A stretch of DNA of 64,000 nucleotides from Octopus sinensis (GCF_006345805.1 NC_043020.1:15252001-15316000), one strand, 5' to 3'; shown: positions 12,751-26,331, counted from the stretch's first letter. Notes: a model not told the origin generated them from the letters alone. Program-made: numbers and translations.

Positions 12751-14560
12751 GTAGTAGCAGAAAAGAGGAATTTCGATTATCCCCACTTGGTGAGTTGTAA
12801 TGTCTATAAGAAATAAAAAAGGGAAAATATGCACACTTACATAGTTTTAATATAATTTTTAACATATCGACCGGTTTTGCTGTCGCTATTCATGAATAGC
12901 GATAGCGAAACCGGTCAATATATTAAAAATTATATTAAAACTATGTAAGTGTGCATATTTTCCTTTTTTAATTTCTTATATATATGCATGTATGTATGTG
13001 CGTGTATATTTGTTTGTGTATGTTTCCTTACACAGACACATGTATATGTACATATAAATATGTGTATATAAAACCCTTGATACATAATTCAAAGTGCTCA
13101 ATACATGAAGGAAGAGCAATAAAAACACACATAGACACTCACTCCTATGCACCTAAATTCTAAAGAGATGTATTATTTTGTAGCAAGGAATCTTTTCTTC
13201 GCTGATAAATTCTACACCAGAAATTTTTTTCACTATAGATCTAAGGTAGGATTTGAGTTTCTCCCTTTATGAAACTGCCAATGAGAAAGAGAGCGCGAGA
13301 GAGAGAGAGAGAGAGGGAGGGAAGTTGCTTTTGTTTAATGTTTGTTACCAAATTTATATTTGACAACATTAATATTTATTTTTTGCTATTTTTTTTTTTT
13401 TTTTTTCTGACATGGTACTTTTGCTCTCTCCCATTTGATGCTGTGCGAAAATGTTGTCGCAGATGTTGGTGATTGAATTGTGTAGTCTGCCTCATTGCGC
13501 TTCATGTGAGTTACTTACACAACTGCCTATGATTTTTCTAGCAAGAAACAGCATAACTGCAGAAGAAACCAACAAGGGTTTGACAGATAATTCTTGAACA
13601 ATTAAAAGAAGTCTGCTGCTCAACAATGCTGCACCAAAATTTTGCACCAATATACTGCAGTTTCCTTGTTTGTTTTTTTCCTCGATCTCATCTTTTCCCC
13701 ATCTGTCCTCTTCTTTCTATTCTTGCTTCAGCTTGCTAATCCAGAGCATTGGAATCTGGTTGTCAGCCTTTCACAAAATCTCCGTGTTTCAACATGCTTA
13801 CCTTCTAGTTTGATCCATTTCGTCTCCTTAGAGAGTCTGTTTTGTTCTCCCTGTGCCTCAACACTTTCTTTGCCTTTTCTAGGTAACCTCCATTGCATCT
13901 ATATCAAATATTGAGAATAAAAGTTCCTTAAATAAATAAGGCTTTGTTTTGCTAAGTGATTTAATTTTTTGTTCATTATTGAAGTGTTAATTTTATTTTT
14001 GTCTCCATATCAATGTATGTGCTGGGTTGCTGTATTCCAAATGGATTCCCCTGATGGATCTCTACTATGATGTTTGTACTGGTGGTAGGTTTATATACTC
14101 TTGATGGGTTATACATCAAAGGGTCTTATTTTTTTTTTTTTTTTTTTACAGTATTAACTTCATGATAGCTTCAACTATTGAATATTTGCGCAGAATTTAA
14201 CCCTTTAGCATTCCGATTACTCTGTCAAATACGATGCCTATTCATTAATACTGTTTTGAGTTACCCATGCATTGTAGCTTGTAGCTTCAAGATTTCGATG
14301 ATGTAATTGTTTGTTTTAGAATGACATTATAGGATTAGTGTGAGAGGCCAGATCTTGCCAGTTTGAACATAAAACAGTAGAATATTTGAGCCTGATTTGG
14401 CTAGTTTAAATGCTAAAGGGTTAATAATCTTTTGACCATAAATGTTTGTGAATGTAATAACTGTTATTGTTGTTGAGTTTGTCAGCTCTGCTTGAGAATG
14501 GTTGTGTGTCCAATCTGTAACAGTTTTCTCATCTTTATAGTATAAGTGAAGGCATATGGC
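12157..14560 (+). repeat. Segmental duplication, copy 1 (~2.4 kb)
   Basis: Colinear with 15531-17904. Confidence 0.92.
12805..12980. repeat. Near-perfect palindrome with 88-bp arms
   Basis: Centred on tcatga (12890-95); a second copy lies at 16176-16341. Confidence 0.92.
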
Positions 14561-14885
14561 TCAGTGGTTAGAGTGCCTGGCTCGCAATCCTGAGGTAATG
14601 AGTTCGATTCCCAGGCCAGGCTGTGTGTTGTGTTCTTCAGCAAGTCACTTTATTTCATGTTGCTCCAGTCACTCAGCTGTAGAAATGAGTTGCGACATCA
14701 CTGGTGCCAAACTGTATCAACCTTTGTTTTTCGCTTGGATAACATCAGTGTGCAGAGAGAAGAGGCTGGTATGCATGGGCGACTGTGGGTTTCCATAAAC
14801 AACTTTGCCCGGACTTGTGCCTCAGAGGGTAACTCTCTAGGTGCAACTCCAGGGTCATTCATGACAGAAGTGGGTATCTTTACCT
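14549..14885 (+). mobile_element. tRNA-derived SINE, distinct family
   Basis: tggctcagtggttagag A box and gagttcgattccc B box, followed by a conserved-looking body. Confidence 0.75.
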
Positions 14886-15530
14886 TTTACCTTATTATGT
14901 TGGATATGCTGTTTCCAAACTGGGGTTGTATTTTGTTATGAATACATTGCCAAAAATTTTGAACTAAAATTGTATTATGCTTCATCTTTATAAAAAAAAA
15001 AGAGTTTATTAAAAGGAATTTGGCTACTATATTGAAGATGTAGTGTAGTTACAGAGGAATTGTCTTAAATAATGGCTGTTAGTCTTTGAGACTGTGTAGT
15101 AAACTTTTTGAGGCTCTGCTCAGTTTTACTATCTGAATTGTTTTTGGCAAACAGTTCAGTGTTTCTATGAAAATATTCTGTGAACTAATATAACCAGCAA
15201 TTCTCCTAATTGAACATTCAGCCATTCTGTTGTTCTACTACTCCCTTTTGTTTTACTACATTTAATAAAATCTCTTCAATTTCTTTCACAGCTTTTTCCT
15301 ATGCTTCCAAACTATTTCATTATCTCATTTTGCCCTTACCTCTCTGATTAACCCTTTTGTTACTGTATATATTTTGAGATGCTCTGTGTTTCTTTCAATT
15401 AATTTAAAATATAACAAAGAATTTAGGAAAATAACTTAGTTATCATTAAGCTAGTGTTAGGAACATAAATTGTGACTAAGGTTTGATGGAAGATTTTGAT
15501 ACCAAAACTTATGAAAAGAAGACATTTGTA

Positions 15531-16080
15531 AAATTTTGTTGTTAAAATTTATGTACAATAAATTGGATTATTATTCTACACAACACAAAATATTTTAACA
15601 TTTTTTTTTAGTACAATATCTTATAACATTTAATTATAAAAATGTAACAGGATTTTTTTTTTGAAACATTGACCAGCTATGAGGGTCTAACTGATTAGAA
15701 TAGGAATCAGAGGGGTCCATAAATAAAAAAAAATGCTTGAGAATCACTGATTTAGACACTTGTACATGTAGTGATATTTTTGTTTTTGGGAGAGATTGGA
15801 GTGGACTCAGTAGATGTTGAGAATGTGTAAAGTATTTAGTATAGTCGACTATTTTAGCAATATTGCTTATGGAGTAAGCATTCATGTTTATGAATTCCTT
15901 GAGCCCCTGTTGACACTTTTAGAATTCTGTATTGATTTACTTCCAGTCTATTTGAATGAAATTGTTTGTTGGACGTTGAACTCAAGAGGATATTGCAATG
16001 TTGGTCACTGCCTTATCATGTGTAACTCTGACTTTCCAATTCACTTGTCTTTTGATAATGTTAAAAATATTTGAAATATA

Positions 16081-16121
<41 letters not shown>

Positions 16122-17904
16122 GTAGTAGCAGAAAAGAAGAATTTCGATTATCCCCACTTGGTGAGTTGTAATGTATATAAGAAATTAAAAAAAGGAAAAT
16201 ACGCACTTTTAATATAATTTTTATATAACGACCAGTTTTGCTATTGCTATTCATGAATAGTGATAGCGAAACCGGTTGATATATTAAAAATTATATTAAG
16301 ACTATGTAAGTGTGCGTATTTTCCTTTCTTAATTTCTTATATATATATATATGCATGTATGTATGTGCGTGTATGTTTGTTTGTGTATGTTTCTTTACAC
16401 AGACACATAATTCAAAGTGCTCAATACATGAAGGCAGAGCAATACAAACACACATAGACACTCACTCCTATGCACCTAAATACTAGAGAGATGCATTATT
16501 TCATAGCAAGGAATCTTTTCTTTGCTGATAAATTCTACACCAGAAATTTTTTTTTTTACTATAGATCTAAGGTAGGATCTGAGTTTCTCCCTTTATAAAA
16601 CTGCCAATGAGAGAGAGAGAGGGGGAGGGAAGTTGCCTTTGTTTAATGTTTGTTACCAAATTTATATTTGACAACATTAATATTTCTTTTTTGCTTTTTT
16701 TTTATTTTTTAGTTTTTTTTCTGGCATGGTACTTATGCTCTCTCCTATTTGATGCTGTGCGAAAATGTTGTCGCAGATGTTGGTGATTGAATTGTGTAGT
16801 CTGCCTCATTGTGCTTCATGTGAGTTACTTACACAACGGCCTATGATTTTTCTAGCAAGAAACAGCATAACTGCAGAAGAAACCAACAAGGGTTTGGCAG
16901 ATAATTCTTGAACAATTAAAAGAAGTCTGCTGCTCAACAGTGCTGCACCAAAATTTTGCACCAATATACTGCAGTTTCCTTGTTTGTTTTTTTCCTCGAT
17001 CTCATCTTTTCCCCATCTGTCCTCTTCTTTCTATTCTTGCTTCAGCTTGCTAATCCAGAGCATTGGAATCTGGTTGTCAGCCTTTCACAAAATCTCCGTG
17101 TTTCAACATGCTTACCTTCTAGTTTGATCCATTTCGTCTCCTTAGAGAGTCTGTTTTGTTCTCCCTGTGCCTCAACACTTTCTCTGCCTTTTCTAGGTAA
17201 CCTCCATTGCATCTATATCAAATATTGAGAATAAAAGTTCCTTAAATAAATAAGGCTTTGTTTTGCTAAGTGCTTCAATTTTTTGTTCATTATTGAAGTG
17301 TTAACTTATTTTTGTCTCCATATCAATGTATGTGCTGGGTTGCTGTATTCCAAATGGATTACCCTGATGGATCTCTACTATGATGTTTGTACTGGTGGTA
17401 GGTTTATATACTCTTGATGGGTTATATATCAAAGGGTCTTATTTTTGTTTTTTTTTTTGTTTTTTTGCAGTTTTAACTTCATGATAGCTTCAACTATTGA
17501 ATATTTGTGCAGAATTTAACCCTTTAGCATTCAGATTACTCTGTCAAATATGATGCCTATTCATTAATACTGTTTTGAGTTACCCATGCATTGTAGCTCG
17601 TAGCTTCAAGATTTCGATGATGTTGTAATTGTTTGTTTTAGAATGACATTATAGGATTAGTGTGAGAGGCCAGATCTTGCCAGTTTGAACATAAAACAGT
17701 AGAATATTTGAGCCTGATTTGGCTAGTTTAAATGCTAAAGGGTTAATAATCTTTTGACCATAAATGTTTGTGAATGTAATAACTGTTGTTGTTGTTGAGT
17801 TTGTCAGCTCTGCTTGAGAATGTCTATAACACAAAGCATAATGGTTGTGTGTCCAATCTGTAACTGTTTTGTCATCTTTATGGTATAAGTGAAGGCATAT
17901 GGCT
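15531..17904 (+). repeat. Segmental duplication, copy 2
   Basis: Begins inside the hAT MITE and ends at aaggcatatggct (SINE head). Confidence 0.92.
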
Positions 17905-18290
17905 GATCACGAGCAGAAGTAGTGGGGAGCATCATAGCCATGTGTTGAGAGGGATTCTTTGGGGTTTGAATAATTCACCTCTGGAAACATGGGTGGTTCT
18001 TTCAACATCCTTAAACAACCCTTATTCAGGGACCTTTTGAGCGGGATGGGCTACTCAACCTGAAGAAAATTCTTACTGGGCCCCACCTGCAAGGTCATGT
18101 GCTGTTTATCTTGATATGAGATCACCATGTCGCGCACATATGGTTGTGATGCATGTGCCTGGTGTACCCTTATCAGACGGGTAGTCATGATGGGTATATT
18201 GGGCTTCGTATATTTTACCCCAGTGTCACTTTGATGGCATGAACTGCTCTCTCACTCAATAATAATAATAATATTGATAATATTAATAAT
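17905..18290 (+). mobile_element. Unclassified retroposon-like fragment with (TAA)n tail
   Basis: GC-balanced body ending in ctctcactc(aat)n. Confidence 0.45.
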
Positions 18291-19319
18291 AATAATATAA
18301 ATAATAATAATATTAAAAATAATAATAATATTAATATTAATAATGATAATAATAATATTAATCATCATCGTTTAGCCTCCGCTTTCCATGCTGGCATGGG
18401 TTGGACGGTGCAACTGGGGTCTGGGAAGCCATTAATAATAATAATATTAATGATAATAATAATAATAATCCTTTTTACTATAGACACAAAACCTGAAATT
18501 TTAGGGGAGGGGAAAGTCGATCACATCAACCCCAGCCTTCAACTGGTACTTAATTCATTGACCCTGAAAGGGCAACTTATAATGTTGGAAAAGAACACAT
18601 TGGAAAATACAGACTTTCGTGTTCTGTGCCTGGGGAAAAGAGAGGATGGTCCTGGTTGGACTGCCTTTGATTATAGATAGGTATGCTTGATTGACAACAA
18701 TGCTAGTTGTCTCGTTCTATAATTTATTAATTGCCTCACGTAAGTTCCACGTACCTTTCTTTTAATCATTTTAAATCATAAGAAAAAATAAAATTTTCCT
18801 CAACCATCTAATGAATTATTCACGATTGTTGTTGCAGAATTGCCATTGCATTGTTGTTGTTCTTGTTGTTGTTGTACCCATTGTTGTTGTAGCTGTTGTT
18901 GTTGTTGTTGTTGCCGTTGTTGTTGTTGTTGTTGTTGCTAGATGCTGATAAATGGTCCGTTCTGTTTACCAGAGCAGTATTGTACAGTTTCCAACACGAG
19001 CGACCCACAAGATCAAAATACTCTTGTTATTGCTGTTGGATGAAACATGCCTGGCTTTTCTCCACGCTGAACACCTTGTGCTCCTGTAAATGGACCATCC
19101 GCAAGATCCTTCCGCCACCCATTTCCGGAACTTTGAGGAATGGTCATGCTACTGCCGGCTGCTGCCTCTTATATTTTCTTTTGTTTTCTTCTTTTCTTTT
19201 TTTTTTTTACTTTTCTGTTTACTTAAATATATAAACCTAATATATTGAAACCTTCTCGAAAACTATTGTTTTTATTTAATAAAAACAGTTTTATGTATTT
19301 TAACCATTATCTTTTTATG

Positions 19320-19580
19320 TTAACAATCCTTGGCTCCTCCTCCTCCTCCTCTGACTCCCCTCCCCCGCTTCCTCCTCTGGCTCCACCTCCCCTCTTCCCC
19401 CTCTGGCTCCTCCTCCCCTCTTCCTCCTCTGGCTCCTCCTCATCATCGTCCTCCTCCTCCGACACCCCCTCCTCTGGCTCACCTCCTCTTCTTCCTCCTC
19501 CTCCCCTTCCCCCTCTGATTCCCCCCTTCCCCCCTCCTCATCCCACACCACCTCTCCTCTCCCCTCATCTCACGTGCTGA
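19320..19580. repeat. (CCT)n-rich polypyrimidine/polypurine tract
   Basis: Almost purely C/T on the plus strand. Confidence 0.95.
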
Positions 19581-19610
19581 ACTTGTTTTGGCGATTTTTT
19601 GGTGGGGTAT

Positions 19611-20010
19611 ACATCATCATCATCATTGTTCGACCGCGGTCGAGACAATGGAATTTACCATGCTACGCCAGACTTTACGGTCCATCATAGCATTACGGAG
19701 GTCCTGTTGCTGGATGCCTGTATCCCTGGAGATTACATCAGGGTAGGAGAGTGTGTGCCCTCTGGTATTGCAAGTAGATGGCTTCCAGAGGAGAAAAGTA
19801 GAAATTGCCTCGTTTTCAGCTCTACAACAATGTCCAGCAAACTGGACTCTCCTACCTTTCACAAGAGATGACACGGGTGGTAGTTTCCCATATATTTGCA
19901 TTTTGGTTGGATGACGCTTCCACGAGAGATTTTGAGCTCTCATAAGGAAGCGAGTGTAGGTTCCATCCAACCGCTTCTCAAGCTTCTTTGATAACGTCCA
20001 GGTTTCTGGG
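19611..20010 (-). mobile_element. RTE LINE 3' end
   Basis: ETWTLSKKLEKRLDGTYTR...RRVQFAGHC, stop codon, then (TGA)n tail. Confidence 0.9.
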
Positions 20011-21239
20011 CCACATACACACACATGTAGAAATATACTCATACAGATAGAGTGAGTGAGAGAGATTACTATTTATTTATGGAATCCAGTTGACATAAAT
20101 ACTCACCCTTTTTTCATACATCATCATCATCATCAACATTTAACATCTGCTTTCCATGTTGGCACGGGTTCAATGGCTTGACAGGAACCGGCAAGGCCAG
20201 GGACCACACCAGGTGCCATAGTCTGTTTTGGCTTGGTTTCTACTGCCAGATGCCCTTCCTAATTCCAACCTCTCTACAAAGTGTACTGGGTGCTTTTTAC
20301 ATGGCACCAGCTCCCATACCAATGCTTTTTATATGTATTTCTTTATTGCCCACAAGGGGCTAAACATAGAGGGGGCAAACAAGGACAGACAAATTGATTA
20401 AGTCGATTATATCGACCCCAGTGCGTAACTGGTACTTATTTAATCGACCCCGAAAGGATGAAAGACAAAGTCGACCTCGGCGGAATTTGAACTCAGAACG
20501 TAGCGGCAGACGAAATACTGCTAAGCATTTCGCCCGGCGTGCTAACGATTCTGCCAGCTCACCGCCTTATATAATGCTTTTTATATGGAATGCTCACACA
20601 CACACACATAAACAGAGAAGAAGAGAGAAAAATGTTGAATTGTATTAAATGACCCTGAATTGCTACAAACATGTCCCCTCTTAATATACATATAAGGAAA
20701 ATGCATATGCATAAATAGAATGAGGGAAAGTCTGTGATCAACTAGAATAAGAACTAAATTTTCATGGGGCCAAAATGTCTCAAGAAAAATATATAATGCC
20801 AAGTAAATCAACATTGAGGAGGAAGCACTCCGTCGGTTACGACGACGAGGGTTCCGGTTGATCCGAATCAACGGAACAGCCTGCTCGTGAAATTAACGTG
20901 TAAGTGGCTGAGCACTCCACAGACACGTGCACCCTTAACGTAGTTCTCGGGGATATTCAGCGTGACAAGGCCGGCCCTTTGAAATACAGGTACAACAGAA
21001 ACAGGAAGAAAGAGTGAGAGAAAGTTGTGGTGAAAGAGTACAGCAGGGATCACCACCATCCCCTGCCGGAGCCCTGTGGAGCTTTAGGTGTTTTCGCTCA
21101 ATAAACACTCACAACGCCCGGTCTGGGAATCGAAACCGCGATCCTATGACCGCGAGTCTGCTGCCCTAACCACTGGGCCATTGCGCCTCCACAAATCAAC
21201 ATTGAATCAGTGATGTCAATGGGTAGGGCCAAAATGTCT

Positions 21240-21700
21240 CATATATACATGGTGGCTGCCCCCTCGTTATCGAGTATGGCCATTGCATGAAGCTTAATCA
21301 ATGTTGTTATCGTGCAATGCCTGTGCAAGAAGATTTTTTTTAAAGTGAAGAAAGGCTGTGCACTGAGTCAATCCCACTCACTAAGCAACAGCAGCCATAA
21401 TCCGAAAAGAAGAACAAGTCAACATCATCGGTGACCACTGAGCTGCAGGGTTTATGTCGGAGTTATCCCAGTTACCTGAGTTACCTTCTCCTAGAAGGAT
21501 GCCCTAACAAAGGCTAGGAGACCTTCACTCCCAATGGTTTAACCGCGCGATCGGGTATTCAGTCCGATTATTTCTATGTCCCCGCGCATGATACAGCCTT
21601 AAGACATTTATTGGATGGCCGTTGACTCTCAAGAGTTCCTCCGACCCGACCATGCAACAGGTTGTACTGGGTTACATGTTACCAGTAGCACTCAAAAGTG
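21240..21700 (-). mobile_element. Probable RTE-type 5' UTR fragment
   Basis: Minus strand reads gggagtgaaggtctcctagcc...ctaggagaaggtaactc...aaacc, resembling RTE 5' ends as recalled. Confidence 0.4.
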
Positions 21701-21717
21701 ACCTGACATACATATAT

Positions 21718-21751
<34 letters not shown>

Positions 21752-22339
21752 TTCTTACTGAAGAAACTGGAAGATTTTGAGCTGTGGTTCTCAATCAGAA
21801 TCCACATGACCCCTGAGGGCCCATGCTGCCAAACTAGTAAATTGGGGATTCACAGTGTTATTTTAAAGGTCCATGAAAAGTTTTGGTTTCAATGTGTGTA
21901 TTGCAAGAAATAGCTTGGTTTCTTTCTCTGACATTTTACATAATTCAACCTACGCAAGTGAAAGAGGGAATAGCACAATAGGAAATTTGAGAAAAAGTAT
22001 CGGTAAAATTAGTTTTTAAACATCGAATGGCTAAGGGTTTCACCTGAATGAAATAGCAAACAAAGGGGTCCATAGGTAAAAAATGGTTGAGAACCACTGA
22101 TTTAGGGAAACAAAACCTTGAATGAAGAGGGCTCAGAGTAAACTTAGTGGGGATTAAAATTTTTATAAGAAGGAAAGAAGACAGGACTCTGATAGCATCA
22201 GGGGAAATGACCATGCTCACTCTGTAGGGGAAAAAAAGGGTTGAAACTCCTTACAGTATACTCTGCATGATCTGTGGGTAAACAGGAGATGTAGTGGAAT
22301 AAAAAACAGTCTGTCCATAGATTGAAACTTTACCTCTAT

Positions 22340-22960
22340 AATAATAATAATAATAATAATGATGATGAAATTATTGTATACAGTGCTCAGGTGCACCACA
22401 ACTCGTCAGAAAGTGCGTATAAAGTGTATGCAGTAATGTACAAATGTCTGGAAAGCAAACAATGTATGAGTCAGATACATGCTTGTGTGTGTATGGAGGG
22501 GAGAAAATCAGGTGTAGTGTTGGCGAATCTCAGGAAGCATGGAAGTTTTGAAGGATGCAGTGCTCCGACAACTAACAACTGATGCCGGCAGTTTGTTCCA
22601 TGCTTCAGCAACACTGAGCGTGAAAAAATGTTTCCGAAAGTCATGGGAGCTGTGCTGTTTTCTGACTTTGTAAATATGTCCACGGGTGTTAGACAGATGG
22701 AGTTTGAAAAGGTGCTCAGAGTTATTGTTTGTAAGATGGTTAATAATTTTATGGGTGTCTGCCAAGTCAGCTGCCAGACGTTGAAGCTTCAATGTATCCA
22801 TGCCCAGGGAAGTAAGGCGTTCAGAATATGGCAAATGCCCGATGGAGGGTATGTGTTTGGTTGCACGTCGCTGAACGGCTTCCAGACGATTAATATCCTG
22901 GGCAAGATAGGGGTTCCAGACCGGTGAAGCAAATTCCAGGTGAGGTCTTACCATAGCTAT
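22340..22960 (-). mobile_element. CR1-clade LINE 3' end
   Basis: VRPHLEFASPVWNPY...LEAVQRRATK...TRGH...WNKLP, then (ATT)n tail. Confidence 0.92.
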
Positions 22961-25489
22961 ATAAAGCCGCAGCTAGATAGCCGGAGAGCGGCTCACGTCC
23001 ATAGCAAAGTATGATGGATATCAGAATTCTCTCTCTACTATGCATGACAGTGTAATGTGAACTTCCAGCTGTGTACGAGTGTAGGTCAGTAGTTTTCAAC
23101 CAGGGCGCATATAAGATTTTGTTGTTAGAATTTATCTGCAATAAATTGCTTATACTTCTACAATACACAATATATTTTAACAATTTTTAAAAAATAAAAT
23201 TCTTAATATTTAATTATAAAACTACAATATGATTTTTTTTTAAACACCGAATGGCTGGGAGGGTCCATTTGAGTAAAATAGGAATCAAAGGACTTTATGA
23301 ATAAAAAATGCTTGGGAAACACGAGCGTAGACTATGATGCTAAGGGGCATAACTTTGTTTATTATCTCCCTTAGATCAGCCAGTTAAGTAATCACTTCTG
23401 AAATTCTTTCAAATTATTGAAGTTTAAATTATATTGTGTATGTTTTAGAGTGGTGAATCCATGAATCTCATAGATTTCACTGAGAATGGCAAATATGATA
23501 TCTTCAAAATGGATATTTAGAATTATTTGGTTAAAGAATTATTTTGTTTTAACAGAAGGGTGAGAAGATGCTAGTATAAGTGTACTATAGATGAACATTA
23601 AATTAATTCTTGGAAAGGTCAAAAACTCCCAAAATCCAGCTCCCTAATCAGGGCAAAAATAATTCCACAGTACAACAGTTGGCAATAAGAATAGTATAGC
23701 TCGAGGATGTAATAAAAAGATAAAAGATGGACAAACACGTATATACAGTGTTATATTGTTTTACAAAAGATGTTATCTAGCATCTTTTTTGTTTGGACAG
23801 CAGTTTTTTCTAGCGGTGTCATATGAAATTGTCACCCATAATTATGACCCTAGTATCGATCTATTGCATTTCAATTTGTTTTAGAGTTAGGGGTGGGGGG
23901 AAGGGTATCTTTTTTCTTCAGAAATGTAAATAAACCCAATCTGTTTCTTAAACGAGGGACATATTCATACGGCACAGAATGTTTTCACCTCAATAGATGT
24001 CATTGATTGGTCGACATTGCAGAAATTGAAGAAAAAAAATATCTTACAAACTATAGAATTTTCTCAATAAAGCCAAGAGAAAAAGATGTTTTATAAACAC
24101 ATTCTACCAGTATACGAAGTTTAAAAGTGTTTAGTTACGTGGAAATTATTTTAAAAAACTGCAGTTCAAACCAAAAAGATCCGTTATCTAAACATAACCA
24201 TAAAGATAGCAATAATACTCCAGGATAGTTCTCTATGACTTTTGCAAAGATTTGCGTACCTGTTTGCATAATATACATCATTGCGTTGTCGTTTTTCTAG
24301 AGAATAAAGGTCGAGCGTCTTCAGCCTTCACATCACATTTTCTTCTTGCCTTTTTCTGATTTTTTTCCTACTTGTATTTCACATGAATGTTTTTTCTTCA
24401 GGCACAGAACTTTCTCTAGATTTTCCTCTGGCTCAAACAATGTTGCAACATATATGCATGCATATATTCAAGACCACACATGTACCCTTGTACCTGTATA
24501 TTCAGTGATTATTTCCAGATCTGTGACAACCAGAAGCTCTCATTCCCAACACTGTGTCTGTTGGATGTTGCAACTGGTGCTAGTTCACACTGCATTAATT
24601 CACTTTTCATATGCATTCAAATTTGACACACAGACTATGCTGACTAAACTCATTAACACCGCTTACCATAATAAAGAAAGCTGCCTATTAACTAATTTGA
24701 AGTACTAAAAGAAAACAATTATTAAAGTTTACACTGTCTAGAAAATTTTTATAAATTTCAATTTTAATATATTTGAAAAAAATTAAAGTGTAGTTTACAA
24801 GGTTCTTTTATTATTAGAAATTTCAACAACGTGATTCAATCACAAAACTAATTTTTATTCACTGCAACATAGTTATCTTGCTGCAAGATAGCATTTTTGA
24901 TATCTCTATATTTCTTCTGGAAATATAAAGTTTGCCTAAATATTTGAAATGATACCTTCTACTGACATATCAGTAAGAATATTTCTCCAAATTATAAATG
25001 TATTTCAGCATCAGCCAAATTATGTTGATTCCAGTGTTCTTTCATATTTGTTGGATGTTGTTGCAGAAATTGAGAACTGAATAAGAAAAGTGGTTTTAAT
25101 TTCCTTTCATCAACTGTACCAAATAAAATCTAAGCTTATTTTCTTTCAGCTAAAGTATTTGATCATTGTACTCAATGTTTTAAAAAAGAACCATTTTAGA
25201 TGCAGGTGTGGGTGTGGGGTAAGAAGCTTGCTTCCAAACCACATGACTCCGGGTTCAGTTTGAATGCATGGCATCTTGGGCCAGTGTCTTCTTCTATAGC
25301 CTCAGGCTGACAAAAGCTTTGCGAGTTGATTTGGTAGACGGAAGCTGAAAGGAACCTGTTGTGTATATGTATGTATATATATGTGTGTATGTGTGTGTGT
25401 GTGTGGCTTTGTGTTTGTTTTTGTTCTCCGCCACTGCTTGACAACCGGGGTTGGTGTGTTTGCATCCCTGAGTGTTGGCTGCGGGGTCG

Positions 25490-25750
25490 CTCTGAAAATC
25501 TCTATCTGCGACGATTTCATCTCAATCGAATGAGAGGGGCTTTCTCCATCCGGGTTGCGGATCCGTGGAATAAGCTACCGGATGAGATAGTGAAGATGCC
25601 GACGACTGCTCGGTTCAAAGTTTCTCTTGACCAGAAATGGCCTGAACTCTTTGCATGAACACCCTCCCTGTACATAACTCCATGTCCCCCTACATGGCCT
25701 TGCTTTTTGCTTTTTGAGCAAAAAAATTAACTTAACTTAATTTAACTTAA
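25490..25750 (+). mobile_element. CR1-like LINE 3' end
   Basis: FSIRVADPWNKLPDEIV...FKVSLD*, then (AACTT)n-like tail. Confidence 0.8.
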
Positions 25751-26259
25751 CATAGTGGTTCAGCAAATGAGATTAATAGAATAAAAATTAGGCTTAAGAA
25801 AAGAAAAAATAAATCAAGGCACGATTCATTTGACTGAAAATTCTTCAAGATTGTGCCTCAGCATGGCCACAGTCAAATGACTGAGACAAGTAAAAGATGA
25901 AAGATAGGCAACTGTTATGGTACATGATAAGAACTAAAGTTAATTCCTTTGCTGAGACTGCCACTGTTCGTGTTACTGTAGGTCTTATGCTGAATTGGAA
26001 TAAAAGAAATTAATTTTCTATTTCTGTACATCTATAATTGTGTGTTTATATAGGTTGTTAATAGGCATATGAGCGGCTGTGTGGTAAGTAGCTTGCTTAC
26101 TAACCACATGGTTCTGGGTTCAGTCCCACTGCGTGGCACCTTGGGCAAGTGTCTTCTACTATAGCCTTGGGCTGACCAAAGCCTTGTGAGTGGATTTGGT
26201 AGATGGAAACTGAAAGAAGCCCATTGTATATATGTATATATATATATATATATACACAC

Positions 26260-26331
<72 letters not shown>

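Noticed and set aside
13600-13898. Minus-strand frame interrupted by a single TGA (possible selenocysteine)
   Set aside because: No redox motif or SECIS recognised, and a strong splice donor lies before the TGA.
13642-13914. 90-aa hydrophobic ORF identical in both duplicate copies
   Set aside because: TTG start and no homology; identity follows from the near-identical DNA.
24346-24708. 120-aa plus-strand ORF
   Set aside because: No ATG context and no recognisable domain or linked exons.
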